From the NCBI GenBank assembly GCA_965644295.1, contig CBFFRP010000214.1, positions 1 to 64,000 on the forward strand: a stretch of DNA of 64,000 nucleotides, read 5' to 3'. The translations under genes were made by a program, and so were the position numbers. Below are positions 51,836 through 64,000 of this stretch, in pieces. The notes under the pieces are model-generated. The model was not told the DNA's origin, did not search any database, and was given only the letters and a program-made list of their open reading frames with translations. This stretch comes from Paraphysomonas bandaiensis (taxonomy: Eukaryota > Protista > Chrysophyceae). Each line of letters begins with the position of its first letter. The first letter of the stretch is position 1.

Positions 51836-52924
51836 TACATACATTGACCTTATCATTATATTACATAATTTTAGAGAAGCACAATGATGAATCGATTTTC
51901 AGAGGCAGATTATCAAACACTTCAATATTAGGTTCTTCGTCTGATAATATGCGACCTATCATCTAAAATAGGGTATTACACTTGCACTTTAAATATTTTG
52001 CTGGCGAATGTAAATGGAGCTACGGCACACGTTTCTATCAGGGTTTGGGTCACTCGTGCTTATCAGGATAGGGTCTTTTGTAATTTGTAGGCATGCCTCA
52101 TAAATTTAGAATGGTGATGGCCTACGTATACATTATACATGCACCAACTAAATCGGAATCTTAAGTCTAAAGATTAGTATAACAGAACAGGGTAGGAATA
52201 TATTGATTCTGCTATTGCTTCCTATCAATATAAAAGCGAGTGAGTAACACTGGCAGGATATAAGCGTGTTCTTCATAAATGTGATGATATTATTATTATA
52301 TTTATTGATGATGTAAATATTTAAAATGACGATTTCGCACCGTCACGGAAACATTTGTTCTTGTACCCATTATTAAAGATTTAAAATTTATTGTTTTGAC
52401 TTAATTTAACACAGTTGCTACTCCCTTATGTAGATACAAGTGATTTATATTAATCAGGGAACATCTATTGCCACTACCAGCAAGCTCTACAAATATGTTA
52501 TATGCGCTACATAATAAATTTTCAAAATCATGAAAGTAATCTTCAATTTAACCTCCACTAGAGATAATGAGTATCGTTCTTTGTCAAAATTTTGAGACTA
52601 CCCTTACGATTCAAATCCTCTATATATTATTATTAGATACCCAATCATTTAGTGTAAAAGTGTCGGGTCAATACCGACGGAGAGTAACTACGACAAGTTG
52701 AGTTAGAATTAACTCTCTTGTGTAGAAATAAGAGGTGTCACTTGTGTAGGCGTATTTGGGCCCTGACATATAAACAGCAATCTGGGGTATTGGCCTGTCT
52801 GCTAAAGTCATAGGAATATCTGATTATTATATACATGAAAACGGTTGTGTACAGAAACTAGTTTTACATCTATAGACTAACTAATAACTGGGCTTGCTAT
52901 ATACGCTTAGTGGGGGGCAATCGT

Positions 52925-53520
52925 CTCGGGACTGCTTGTGCATCGCTGCGAGCACCATGGTGCAACCGTCCCTTGTAGTAAGGTTAGTCGGGGGGTCTGC
53001 CGTTGGGCAATGTGTCAGGCGGGCCTGTGTCGTGGGTTTTACGGGGGATGGTTGGGGCTAGGTGTATATGAGAATGTAGGTCGGTGGTGGAGATGGTGCT
53101 GGTTGTCGAGGTGGGATTTCTGCCACAGGTAAGGAGGAGTTGTTTCCGGAGTGGTGGCGCTTGTCTCTGTCGGGTTCGGACTCTGGCAGAGGATAGAATT
53201 CTTGGGGTGGATATCGCATGGAATATTTCGAGTATTTTTGGTGTCGGGTATGTATCCTGTGACTGACGTTGCTGTGATTGTAGGGGGGTCGTAGTCGGTG
53301 TTACTGGTGCCGTGTCTATGTTGTGGAGTCTGTGAGTCCTCTGTTTCGAAGCATGCGGAGCCCTCCATCATATATAGGGGGGAAGGAGAATAGAGGTTAC
53401 GGATTCTGCGAGGACGTGGAACTGATGTTCGGGCAGTGAGCTGGATATGTGGCGTCCGAATGCGTCGGCCAATTGTGTGGCAGTAATGTGGCCGGTCCAG
53501 TAGCGCTCAACCTGGGGAGT
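52925..53520 (-). mobile_element. Second decayed LINE-like 3' fragment
   Basis: TPQVERYWTGHITATQLADAFGRHISS..FH...SILLP.YDGGLRMLRNR aligns with the 35.2-35.4 kb peptide. It ends in the same stem-loop (52932-52968). Confidence 0.7.
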
Positions 53521-53938
53521 GTGTGGATTCCATGCGGCTTTTGCTACTCTTGGTGCTTGTTGCGGTGACGACGCACAAGCAGCTTTTGTAACTTAAAACA
53601 GTAGGATATTATCAGAGTTATTAAGCACTGTGACTCTTAAATATGCCTATAAACGTTCACTATTATTCACTCGTTTTGTGCTGCATTTAATGTGATCAGA
53701 GGTATTTATTTTTAATCATCATGTATGTGCATCTTATATTATATTATATTATTATATTATAATATTATGCTGATACAATATATTGGGCTTTCGAAAAGTG
53801 GCTTTTGCGCAAATATAGTATATTATTACATTATACAAGGGATGGTTGCACCAAGGTGCTTGCAGCAATGCACAAGCAGTCCCGAGAAAACTCAGTATTT
53901 AGCAACTTTGATACCACTAGTCTAAAGTTGTAGATAGC

Positions 53939-54257
53939 TAAAAACAAAGTAGTTCTCTCATGTAATAATCAGATCTTTATATATATTATAATATTATACT
54001 GTTGTCTCTGTATATTATTTATGAAAAATGTTGTTGAAACAATGTGCAAAATTACTACCTACTATATATATATCCCTAATGAACGATTGGTATTCATCGT
54101 CCCTCTAGAAACGGAAAAGCGATCAGCTCAGATATTCACTACGCCGAAGGGATCTGTTGTGATGCAATCATCAGATGATAGTGTGCGTGAGTTAGAGCAT
54201 GAGATACCTACATATATAAAGATCTGATTATTACATGAGAGAACTACTTTGTTTTTA
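53939..54257. repeat. Perfect 46-bp inverted repeats enclosing ~227 bp
   Basis: 53939-53984 is the exact reverse complement of 54212-54257. Confidence 0.9.
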
Positions 54258-56020
54258 AAATGAGATACCTACAATGCTTGAGCTATCAATACAATCTCTC
54301 AGTATTTGCAGAATAAAGATATACATAGTAAATGAAATAGTCTTAAGTTTTTAGAGACACACCTACAAATAATATTTTTAACAGCTAACGTTGATAATAT
54401 TACTAGTTTAAGACAGTGGTAGTATGAGGGCAGATAACGTGGTTGCTGGTAAGCAAAAAGGCGCTTCTGTTACATCCTATGAGACTTAAAATTATAATAA
54501 AATTAATATTTTTTGTTGTCTCTAACCCTAATACCACAAATAGAATTGTTTCTTTAACATTTCTACTTAAATACTGTAAATACTCCTAAATTTCCCAACA
54601 TATCGTAAAATTCCCACGTTTGCATAATGTTTACTTGAAGTTTAAAATTCCCCACATATTGGTCATTATTTATTTGCTGGTCACGGGAAATTGAAATCTC
54701 TTCCAAAATTAGAACATTGACAAAAGCCAGGTGTTTTGTATCGTATATATGTTCCTACGAATCAGAGTGTCAGTGACAGCGTGGTCGCGGAGAAATCGGC
54801 TTCTGCAGTGCTAGGTGTGACGCAACCACAACTTAATTTGCACAGTTATCTCTGTAGCTTGTGGGTTAGTTAGTTGTGATGCAGACCAAGAACTCAATTT
54901 AAGTAACTGCTCAATAGAATAGACTCTAAGTAATTTTGTTAGTAGAAGGCTAGCACGAAATGTTCATTAGTATGAGTGTAAAGGGGTATGCCCTTGCATA
55001 TTATAGCAGGTGTCCAGTTTTCCTCCGGTACTGACCAGTTAGTAGTGATCGTAATAACGTTGTTGCCAATAACGTTAGTTAGTAGTTGTTGCCAATTCAC
55101 TCTATCTATGCTCTCTACAGTCAATTATTGTACCAAATGATAATATATATGCTGTAACCAAGTCATTTTGCCTTCTCGCTGGTTGTAAATTAGAGTGGGC
55201 TAGAAGTCGAGGTAATACCAAAACCTAGTAAAGAAATTTCACCAGGTTTCATAATATCTAATTATTGAGTCATTATTTTACTGTATAATTTTTATCTGAG
55301 AGGTTAAAGTCGCTAGTATAAAGTCGAGGTAATACCGAAACCTGGTAAAGAAATTTCACCAGGTTTCATATATATCTAAGTATTGAGTTATTATTTTATA
55401 CTGTAATTTGTAGAGCAAGTCATTGAAGCTAGCTCTCTGGTGCCTCCCATAAACACTCCACAGCATGTTCCCTTTTCGCTTGAAAGATGAGAAGAGTTGG
55501 AACATACACCACTCATGTTACACGCGTACTCATTCAACTGTGATGAGTGCTCATTTCATCAATTTCTGTAGTCAAAAATATATTAATATATATATATATA
55601 GATTGACTGCAGTGATATACCACTAAAGGGTATACCGGTTTCGTTCCTGAGCATCCTCATCGGTCCCAAAGCCAATATCACACACATTCAGAACTGAATT
55701 ATGGTTGCACAAAAGGGAACAGATGTCAAAAAACGTTTATATACGTTCGAAGTGCATAAGGCATGATCAGTACATCTATGTAGTGAACGTGCATTTGTTG
55801 GGCCGATAGCACCTGCCATTCGGTATAATCAAGATCCACAACATTAATAACATTAATTTCTGCATTACTACTATCATCAGCGTCTCCTTCTCAGCTCGTT
55901 CAAATTATGGTTTTCGGATCAGACTTTCATTTGGAAATGACATACAGTAACAAAATAGCAACTAACATGTAACGAAAAATATGTTTATTTAAATCGCAAT
56001 ATATACAATTAATGTAATCT

Positions 56021-56632
56021 CTATAATAATTTTCTGATTGCATCGTCGATTTCAGATAGCGATTGCATGGCATCAGCTAGTTCTTGATCAGTTTGGACAA
56101 TTTTTGTGCTAAGTACTTCGTCTATCCTCTTGCGCTTGGAGCATCTCATAACACGACCGCCCGAATCTCCGATCGAAATTTTCACACTCTTCTTCAGATA
56201 TGTGGGCGCCTTATGTAAAAACCTTGCTTTATGAATACGTATGGCGTCTTCTACGATGCGCCGGGGTATAGGGCTTATTTTTGGACAGATAGAAAAAATT
56301 CGAACATCACCGACTTCTGAATACTTATCAGTTTGAATAAAATAATTCCCATCGCATTTGCATAGCGGACAAACAGCTTTTCTTCTGAACCAAATCATAA
56401 CACATTCTTGACAGTAAGAGTGCCGGCAAGTCACAAGGGTAACAGGGTTAACATGACTTGACAAGCAAATTGCGCACTTGAAGTCATCAACGGTACTGGG
56501 TATTGTGAGCTCATCGTTTTTCCCCAGCACGGCCATGTGATCTACATCCACCTCTCTCAAGGGGTTAAGGTATTCGAAAAACATGCTGTGGGCAGTTCTC
56601 TCAAACCCCCTGGGGACTATAGATTTACTCAT
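56021..56632 (-). CDS. RING-HC (C3HC4) finger protein, putative E3 ligase
   Basis: CAIC..CRHSYCQEC..W....VCPLCK, with a short C-terminal helical segment. Confidence 0.85.
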   Translation of the reverse strand: MSKSIVPRGFERTAHSMFFEYLNPLREVDVDHMAVLGKNDELTIPSTVDDFKCAICLSSHVNPVTLVTCRHSYCQECVMIWFRRKAVCPLCKCDGNYFIQTDKYSEVGDVRIFSICPKISPIPRRIVEDAIRIHKARFLHKAPTYLKKSVKISIGDSGGRVMRCSKRKRIDEVLSTKIVQTDQELADAMQSLSEIDDAIRKLL

Positions 56633-57174
56633 AGTCGTAGTGAGTATTGAGCCATACTATTTATGGGCTTCTCGTCAATGGCGAAGTACTGTGGCACATA
56701 TATATACAGAATACATGTACAGAGTATACACCATATACCTCTATACCCGTATACCTATACGCTGCTTTACCTCCAACACACAGCACTGCCTCAAACAAAG
56801 TAAATACATAGAATACACTGTATTACTGTTGTTTAGCTATATATTGTATACAGCCGCGTATACAGGTATACAGTACCGTATAGCGCTGTAAAACCGTCGG
56901 TTGGTGGTCATATTTTGTCTGCAGAGGAGTGAGTGAGTATACGCACTGTATATATCGTGTACCTACCTATATGCTGCTTGCTCTCATCCTGGAGAGGGAC
57001 TCACAGTTATCCGACATATACAACACAACGACCCTTCCTGCATCCACACAGTTGTGATATATTGTCCCGTGTAGAAACTGAGTTTTATTCCTGTGAGCAA
57101 CATCTAATTCTCGATTTGTCTATTCTTGTTTAAATTCAGTACCTGAACTTGGAAGCCGTGCCTAATTTGTTACT

Positions 57175-57691
57175 ATGGCAGTGAGTGCATATGACATTGT
57201 CAATGAAACATGCCTTACTTCTGTTTAGGCAACCGGAAACGAAGTTGATGATGCTATCAGGGATTTGAAGAGCATCCCTGGGTTTGCTGCTTACGCTATA
57301 TTAAACAATGATGGTAAAATTCTGTTGAGTTATCTCCATTATATTGAGGGTTACTTTCGTAGGGATTGTTATAAAATATGAAAATATGTCCTACAAGACT
57401 GCTGTACATCACGCCCACCAAGTTTTATCATTAAGCAGCAAAGCTTCTCGATATGTCAGAGATTTATTTGATGCGCCCGATGTAAGTTCAGCACAAAGTG
57501 ACATTTGCTGACTTATTAACTTGATATAGAACGAGGTGGAGTCTATCAGACTAAGGACGGTAGATTATGAAATGATTATCGCTCAGGTCGGCAATTTCAC
57601 TGTCATTGTCACTCAAAACCCGTCCAAGTCTGATTCCAAGCTCGTTGTTGAAGAGAAGAAAGAAGGAGAAGAGAAAAAAGAAGCTCCTTAA
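57175..57691 (+). CDS. Dynein light chain, roadblock/LC7 type, 4 exons (absent from the ORF track)
   Basis: Spliced MA|ATGNEVDDAIRDLKSIPGFAAYAILNNDG|IVIKYENMSYKTAVHHAHQVLSLSSKASRYVRDLFDAPD|NEVESIRLRTVDYEMIIAQ. There are three GT-AG introns, and the first coding exon is only 6 nt. Confidence 0.9.
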
Positions 57692-58456
57692 CCGTTTATG
57701 TGTCCCGTAATTTATTTGCTGTCATAAGCACTTCACATGTGTAATAATAATGATGCGAATTAAATTAAACAGTCGAATAGCGTTGTTGAAACCTTATCAT
57801 ATATTGGGCTGGAATTGTGCAATTGAAGAGTGATACTGTAATACTAGAATGTCTTGTCCTAGTTAATTGAGTGCGTATTTGTATATATATATAAATAAAC
57901 AGACATTTACTATTACTACACTATTACACACACACCTTACATTTCACCGCCTCGAAAACCTCCGAACAAACTATGTCCTCTCCTTTTGTCTCCTCTAAGC
58001 CTCTCCTCACAATTATGCTAATCTCGTGCATAGATCTATCAGAGTACTCGACCTTGGTGGCCCTAGTTCTGTTGCGCAGTCCCGCACTCTTCAATCCGAT
58101 ATTGCCTCTCTAGTACCATTACACTTTCTCTCGACTCCCTATTGCTGAATATACGGGGTTACCCTCGTCTCGCACTGGTGTCCAGCTATCCCCTTTCTTC
58201 CGTATGTGTTCTCCGCTACTGGCTAAGGCAGCAAAAGAACCAATTCTGAAGCTTCTCCACAGTAGATCAAAAACATTCTGCAAGACATTCATCCACATAT
58301 ACCTCCGAGTAACTTGGCACAACGCCTAAGGGAAGGCCACAAGATCACCACACTCAGAACTCAGAAGGGTATATTGCTGCTTCCCCTGGTGCCTGCCGTG
58401 AGGCACATAAGGCAATCCCCGATGCAAATTGAACAAAATGTATGTGCAGTCTTAAG

Positions 58457-59490
58457 CAGGGCCTGGTAACCATTAATGGTGGTTCAATTCCCCGCAATTA
58501 TAATGGCATTAATGAAAAATGTCCCGGCAATTATAATGGCCATTAATACCTACTAACTTAAAGTAGATAGCACCACTCATATAATAGATAGTGTTGTGCT
58601 CCCTTAATTACTAATTTTTAGTTAACTAGCAGACTACAAATTTTAACTACTTCTCGCTCTCTACTGCATCAGGATCTTCTTGCAGGGCTTCATGGAGGGT
58701 ATAAACATCCCACAACATGTAATTGGCTCGTAGGAATAGCAACGATTCTAGACGATATGGATTCATGTTTCTACGCTCAGGTGTCATAATCAACTTTGCA
58801 CGACTAAAGCGCCTCTCAACATCATTAGATTGTGCTTCAATATGAAGCAAGCAGCGGTAGTTGGACTCATAGGTACAAAGTCGAGCTCTCTTTTAGTGAC
58901 CTCGGCGCTGTCCAGAACACGCTGTGCAAAATCAGTTCCTTCACTCTCGTCCTCGTTATTTCTGTCGGGTACACCAACCTCCATGGATGAATCCAGTTGC
59001 AAATGTCTAACTGCTCTTCTCTCATGGCCTGTCAACTCCTTTCATCGTTCCCTTGAATTTTAGCCACTGCCTTCTCAAAGGTATGGATGCAGCTCTGGAA
59101 ATTCTGGCGGGCTTGGTACAAATGGGTTCCATCTCTTTGTAAGGCCAGCGTAACATACATTCTGTAATTTTTCAAGTTGCGTCAAATATTGTTTCAGCTT
59201 TCAAAAGTTAGCTGGAGTTAGAATCCGGAGTAAGGAGATACTTTCATTCTTATAAAAGACAATAAATCGCCAACGTGAAGTCTTTCATTTCCCAAAATTC
59301 TCTCGAGTTCCTCTCGCCAAGAAATATTTGGCGCCCTTCTTGGCTATATGATTCACACAAGTCGTGTAACCTCGCTGTATACTTTGTTTAACACAATCAT
59401 TGCACAACAAACAAATATGATACAGAGCACTGAGAGGATTCTCTGAGTCCACTCGGAAGAAGACTCAGACTGTAAATTACACTTCCATCA
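58457..59490 (-). mobile_element. Decayed hAT transposon: one terminus plus transposase pseudogene
   Basis: TIR CAGGGCCTGGTAACCATTAATGG at 58457, dimerisation-domain-like SNDVERRFSRAKLIMTPERRNMNPYRLESLLFLRANYMLW, and BED-finger-like ICLLCNDCVKQSIQRGYTTCVNHI near 59350-59420. Confidence 0.8.
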
Positions 59491-59829
59491 TCGTTGCTAA
59501 TATAATATGCCCTATATACATACTTGCTCTGCTACCTTCTTTCAACTTTGGGGGAAAATAGTGTTTTTATGAATGTTTTTAGGTGAAATGTTCATATTTT
59601 CTTTGCACTAGTTGGTAAATGGTAGATGCGTATTAGCTTGACTAGTTTGTTCATCTAGCCACTAATGGGTTTCTGACTCTTGAACGCCTATATAGCTAAA
59701 TAAACAGACATTTACTAAAACTGATGCATGTCAGGGCTAGGAAACAATATATTGAATTGCACTACATTGTACAATATATTGATTGGTCGACAGGCCAAAA
59801 CATCAATATTGTTTCTGTTAAAGTAGCTC

Positions 59830-60524
59830 TACCGCTTTTCGCTGCAGCAAAGCTAATGATCCTAAATCGAAGTCGACGATACATTACCCCACACAAAGTA
59901 CCCCCAAGGCTACTCCCGCGACCGCGTCCAAAACATAGACACAAAATGGAAACGCCCAAGGGTGCTACGATTACTAGGAGTCCACAGACGACCCGAGACT
60001 GGAACACCGCCCACCACACCCACGAACCCCACCACTCATACACATAGGACCATAGCACCGAGCCGCATGACACCATCAGGCCCCAGACAGCGACGCCGTC
60101 TCCGGAAACTCCACTTATGCCTGACGCCCAAATGGTGCACGGCGACAACGCCACATTCCACCACACTATCCACCTCTCAGCATGCACATCTAGTGCACGG
60201 TACACTCAGGACCTTAATGCAGAACCCTGTTCCTCAGAGCCTGGTGGAACCTTATCCCAAGGGGAGACCCCCGGACAACACGCGCCAGTGAGTCCTAAGA
60301 CACACGAGCAGGGCGAAACAGACAAACAACATTAAGAACGGAAGTGGTCGCACCTTGGTGCTTGCGGCGACGCACAAGCAGATTCTGTAGCGCTAAATAG
60401 TAGGATAATAGAATTTGTGCTGATTAGTTATGGCTAGAGGTCTAACCAGTGTGTCTAGCATTCAACTAGCCACTATATTGGTGCAGGTTTTTAACGCCTA
60501 TTGCTAAATAATAAGACTTTCAAT
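59830..60524 (+). mobile_element. 5'-truncated LINE-like insertion with complete 3' tail
   Basis: Starts with LPLFAAAKLMILNRSRR (matches LRPLCNGGLSMLKERGRR). Its 3' ~190 bp match the tail of the short element, and it is flanked by a long direct duplication. Confidence 0.7.
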
Positions 60525-60532
60525 ATGCATGT

Positions 60533-60699
60533 CAGGGCAAGGAAACAATATATTGATTGGTCGACAGGCCAAAACATCAATATTGTTTCTGTTAAAGTAG
60601 CTCACAATATATTGCAATATGTTGTAATTGTATTGTGGAGCCTGTTTAAAATCTCCATCAATAGTATTGCAATATATTGTTTCCTATTTCCTAGCCCTG
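60533..60699. mobile_element. hAT-type MITE, family of the 42307 element
   Basis: CAGGGCAAGGAAACAATATATTG ... TTTCCTAGCCCTG with 8-bp flanks ATGCATGT / ATGCATAT. Confidence 0.82.
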
Positions 60700-60943
60700 A
60701 TGCATATATATATAAGGTATTTATGAATGTGGGTTTGACTGGTGAACATATTATGATAAACAGATGTAAAGAAAAGCAGAATATTATATGAAGTGAAATA
60801 ATGTCCAATTCTAATATAAGATGCACCCACTCTAACAATATCATTGCAATATATGCTTAATTATAAGTTATATTTAAAATAGTAATATAGACGACACAGT
60901 CGATTTCAATTCCTAGCTTGGAGTACCGATCCCTAAGCTTAAC

Positions 60944-61064
60944 CAGGGCCTGGTAACCATTAATGGCAGTCCAGTTCCCGGCAATTATAATGGCACTAAT
61001 GAAAAATGTCCTAGCAATTATAATGGCCATTAATGCCATTACCATTAACGGTTACCAGACCCTG
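60944..61064. mobile_element. 121-bp hAT MITE related to the 58457 terminus
   Basis: TIRs CAGGGCCTGGTAACCATTAATGG / CCATTAACGGTTACCAGACCCTG. The 8-bp flanks AGCTTAAC and AACTTAAA match 6/8. Confidence 0.85.
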
Positions 61065-61570
61065 AACTTAAACAGAGGTATAGATGGTAAAAGTGTAAAA
61101 GTTAGTCGTCTAGGCACAACTTCTATGACTACAACTATTCCGTGTTCAATGATTTCCTACCCAGTTCACAGAGCTCTGACTTTTCTTAATAAGGCCTAAC
61201 CTATTTAGCCAAATGATCACCAATCTACAATAAAGATCTATCCTGCACCCTGCACCAATTATGTACATCTTCCGAAATAATACTTTTAAGTGCAAAACAC
61301 ATTCTTGAACGAGCCCGTAGAGCGTTTAAGAGTACATACTTATCAACCATGAAAACTCAACTGACCATATCAACTGACACATAGTCAATTTTTCTTACCA
61401 ACATTTCTAGATACGAATTTCCAACCAACTCTTTTTCATCTATTCCTAACAAAACAATTCTGAACTGAAACGAAACGCATAAACGGCCAGTTAGTAGTAG
61501 CACTACAGTATACGAAAAAGTAGTCCTCAGACCTATGACGAATGTCGATAACACTTATTAACCTATTAAG

Positions 61571-62230
61571 TTAATAGAAGCCTTCTTCAGTAGCGACATG
61601 GCTGAATTTGCATGCATCTCCACGATCACACTCTCCCCGCTGAAAAGCATAGCAAGCGCCTCGCGAGCTGCCCTTTCCCGCACTTTCAGGAACTTCCCCA
61701 AATTCATGGATGAAGCGACAAGAATCACCCCGATCACACTCTCCTCGCTGATACGCATAGCAGATACCAGCAGATTTACGAGGCGCACCATAGCTGCTGT
61801 CAGCGTTAATTACATCTTCACTGTGGCTGAACTTGCAGGATGTTCCGCGATCACACTCGCCTCTCTGAAAAGCATAACACGGCCCTCTAGATCGCGAACT
61901 ATAGCTTCCTCCGAATCCACTTCCCCCTTCATGACTGAAACGGCAAGAGTCTCCTCTCGTGCACTCTCCCCTCTGGAATGCATAACACGCGCCTGCGCTT
62001 CCTCTGTTTCGTGAATATCCGGAGAATCCATTGCCTTCACCCCCCCCCTCTTCATGACTAAATCTGCAGCTGTCACCACGATCGCATTCACCTCTCTGGA
62101 AGGCGTAACAGACACCGCGACTTCCTCCGCGACGACCAAATCCGCCAGAGGCCTCGGCATCGTGTGAAAATCGGCATGAGCTTCCGCGCTCACACTCACC
62201 CCTTTGATAAGCATAACACACACCTGACAT
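61571..62230 (-). CDS. Protein with six CCCH zinc fingers and Gly/Arg/Ser linkers, probably RNA-binding
   Basis: Six near-identical C-x7-C-x5-C-x3-H units of the type CYA(F/Y)QRGECxRGxxC(R/K)FxH. Confidence 0.92.
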   Translation of the reverse strand: MSGVCYAYQRGECERGSSCRFSHDAEASGGFGRRGGSRGVCYAFQRGECDRGDSCRFSHEEGGGEGNGFSGYSRNRGSAGACYAFQRGECTRGDSCRFSHEGGSGFGGSYSSRSRGPCYAFQRGECDRGTSCKFSHSEDVINADSSYGAPRKSAGICYAYQRGECDRGDSCRFIHEFGEVPESAGKGSSRGACYAFQRGECDRGDACKFSHVATEEGFY

Positions 62231-62691
62231 TATCTCAAGAAGTAATCAGTCAATTGTTTCGTCTACATATACTACTGGAGAATTACTCTAACATTGTGCT
62301 GAGACAACACATCCATCTCTTCGTATAGAGGCAGTATATCCGTGTATCTATCTGTGTATCTATCAGTCATCATCAGAACGAAGATTGCTCTTTGTAACTT
62401 CAAACAAACGATTGGAGAAGGTCTAAATCTTCAAACGACACGTATATACAGATTTCAGTTTTCGTTGAAGTGAATATATGATACATGGTGTGATTCCAAT
62501 AAAAAAAGTCTACGACAATGAAAACTCCATTTTTGTGGACATCCATCTGCATCTGCATGCATACAAAGAATGAGGGTTTAAAAAGCTCAATCCGACTTCC
62601 GCTCTATGTTACACACATATATACAGCAGCACCAGTAGATACACATACAGCAGACACCTCACTCGCAATTACTTATTCGCCCTATATCGTT

Positions 62692-64000
62692 ATGGCGATT
62701 TCCCAGGCGTCAACTACCATCATACTCTTCGTGGTGACGGTGTTTGCTGCATGCCTCAATGAGTTGGACTGTAGAAGTGCGCCGCCGTTAAGAGGTGCAC
62801 TAGCGCTCCAATCATATGCTCTTCGCAGTAGCAGTAGAAACGTGAATGTGTTTGAGGAATCGACCACTCCGACAATAGAGGATCGCGATGAAAATGATGA
62901 GCTCTATGACGCCTACAGCAGCCTTCACTCTCTCTCGAAGGTGAGGTCGATCGATATATTTGTTACACCAGCTGAGTTTAATCACTACATGCGTAGAACT
63001 TCAACAAACCTTTCGATTGTCCAGCTGTATTAGTTGTTGGACATCAATCAAGTGGGAAAAGCGCGCTGATTGAAGCACTCATGGGGTTTCAATTCAACCA
63101 GGTGGGGGGGGGCACGAAAACTAGGCGCCCTGTGGCCCTTCGGATGCAATATAACCCAGATTGCCACCAACCGAGGTGTCATGTTACAACTGAAAGTGGC
63201 GAGGAAAAACAACTGTCGATATCCGAGATTCAGGAGTACATCGAGACTGAGAATCAGCGTATCGAGAGGGACTCGACACGACATTTCGACCCAAAAGAGA
63301 TTGCCATCCGCGTGGAATACAGAGGGTGCCCCGATCTGTTAGTAATAGATACCCCCGGTCTCCTACATGCGCCTCGCGGTGGGAGGGAAGCAAAAGGAGC
63401 AGAGGGTCTTCAAGGAGAACAACGAGCTCTGGCAGAGGCGGCGAAGGAAGCGGAGGACCTTGTTGGAAGCATGATGAGGTGTAAAGACTATATTATTCTC
63501 TGCATTGAGGATACGTCGGACTGGAAGCACACGACAACCAGAAATATTGTAATGCAGGAGGATCCGAAATTAACCAGAACAGTTCTTGTTTCTACAAAAC
63601 TGGATACGAAAATACCACAATTCTCAGAGGATAATGACTTAGCAGGATTCTTGAGGTACTCTCACGCTGTTAGCCTGTCCCACAGTTAATTTGACATCCG
63701 TGTAGGGCGTCGATGATAAATAGACTATTCCCACAACTGTTGGGAGGCCCTTTCTTTACAAGTGTTCCTAGTGGTCGCGTGGGACAGACTAAGGTACATC
63801 ATCGGGTGTTGGTTGTATTTCACTGGTGTAATACAATGTTTGCTGTAGGACTTTGAAACAGACGAGGCATTTGCTGCAGCCGTAGAGGCCCTTGAGTTAG
63901 AGGATTGCGATCGAGTGCTCTCTCGGGGTGCAGATCCCGGTCTACGGTCTCGCATAGGGGTCACATCTCTCCGGGTTTTCCTGGAGAAACGCATACACGA
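62692..64000 (+). CDS. ARC5: Plastid-division dynamin-related protein (ARC5/DRP5B type), 5' part; continues beyond the window
   Basis: ELYDAYSSLHSLSK|NFNKPFDCPAVLVVGHQSSGKSALIEALMGFQFNQVGGGTKTRRPVALRMQYNP, IDTPGL and STKLDTKIPQF. It has an N-terminal signal-peptide-like leader, and the first intron is 62941-62996. Confidence 0.9.

Noticed and set aside
57940-58000. Tyrosine-recombinase-like GHS motif suggesting a DIRS element
   Set aside because: Only a few residues match, and the HxxR spacing and other catalytic motifs are absent.
62518-62691. Longer N-terminus of the dynamin from the upstream ATG at 62518
   Set aside because: Low-complexity, promoter-like sequence. The ATG at 62692 places the signal peptide at the N-terminus.

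Overview
Eukaryotic nuclear DNA with short GT-AG introns, most likely from an ochrophyte stramenopile (a plastid-division dynamin ARC5/DRP5B carries a signal-peptide leader). The first ~9.1 kb is a very homogeneous 156-161 bp tandem array whose unit looks like one intron plus one exon. The rest holds 11 apparently intact genes: Rab2, clathrin heavy chain, GFAT with a 69-aa presequence, a TPR protein, an uncharacterised secreted protein, a FYVE-lipase_3-FYVE protein, an FkbM-type methyltransferase, a COX7a-like protein, a RING protein, a roadblock/LC7 light chain and a 6xCCCH protein. ARC5 is a twelfth gene, cut off by the window edge, and there is one decarboxylase-methyltransferase pseudogene. 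Nearly all genes sit in tight head-to-head pairs. The gaps contain a young intact Copia element nested in a hAT MITE, hAT remnants, and a non-LTR system made of three decayed LINE-like 3' fragments plus more than 10 copies of a ~400-500 bp non-autonomous element. These share a co-varying GNRA-capped 3' stem-loop, and the short element has a fixed, pseudoknot-capable 5' end that partly resembles HDV-like ribozymes. All alignments were done by eye, so repeat boundaries are approximate and family assignments come from motif recognition, not database searches.
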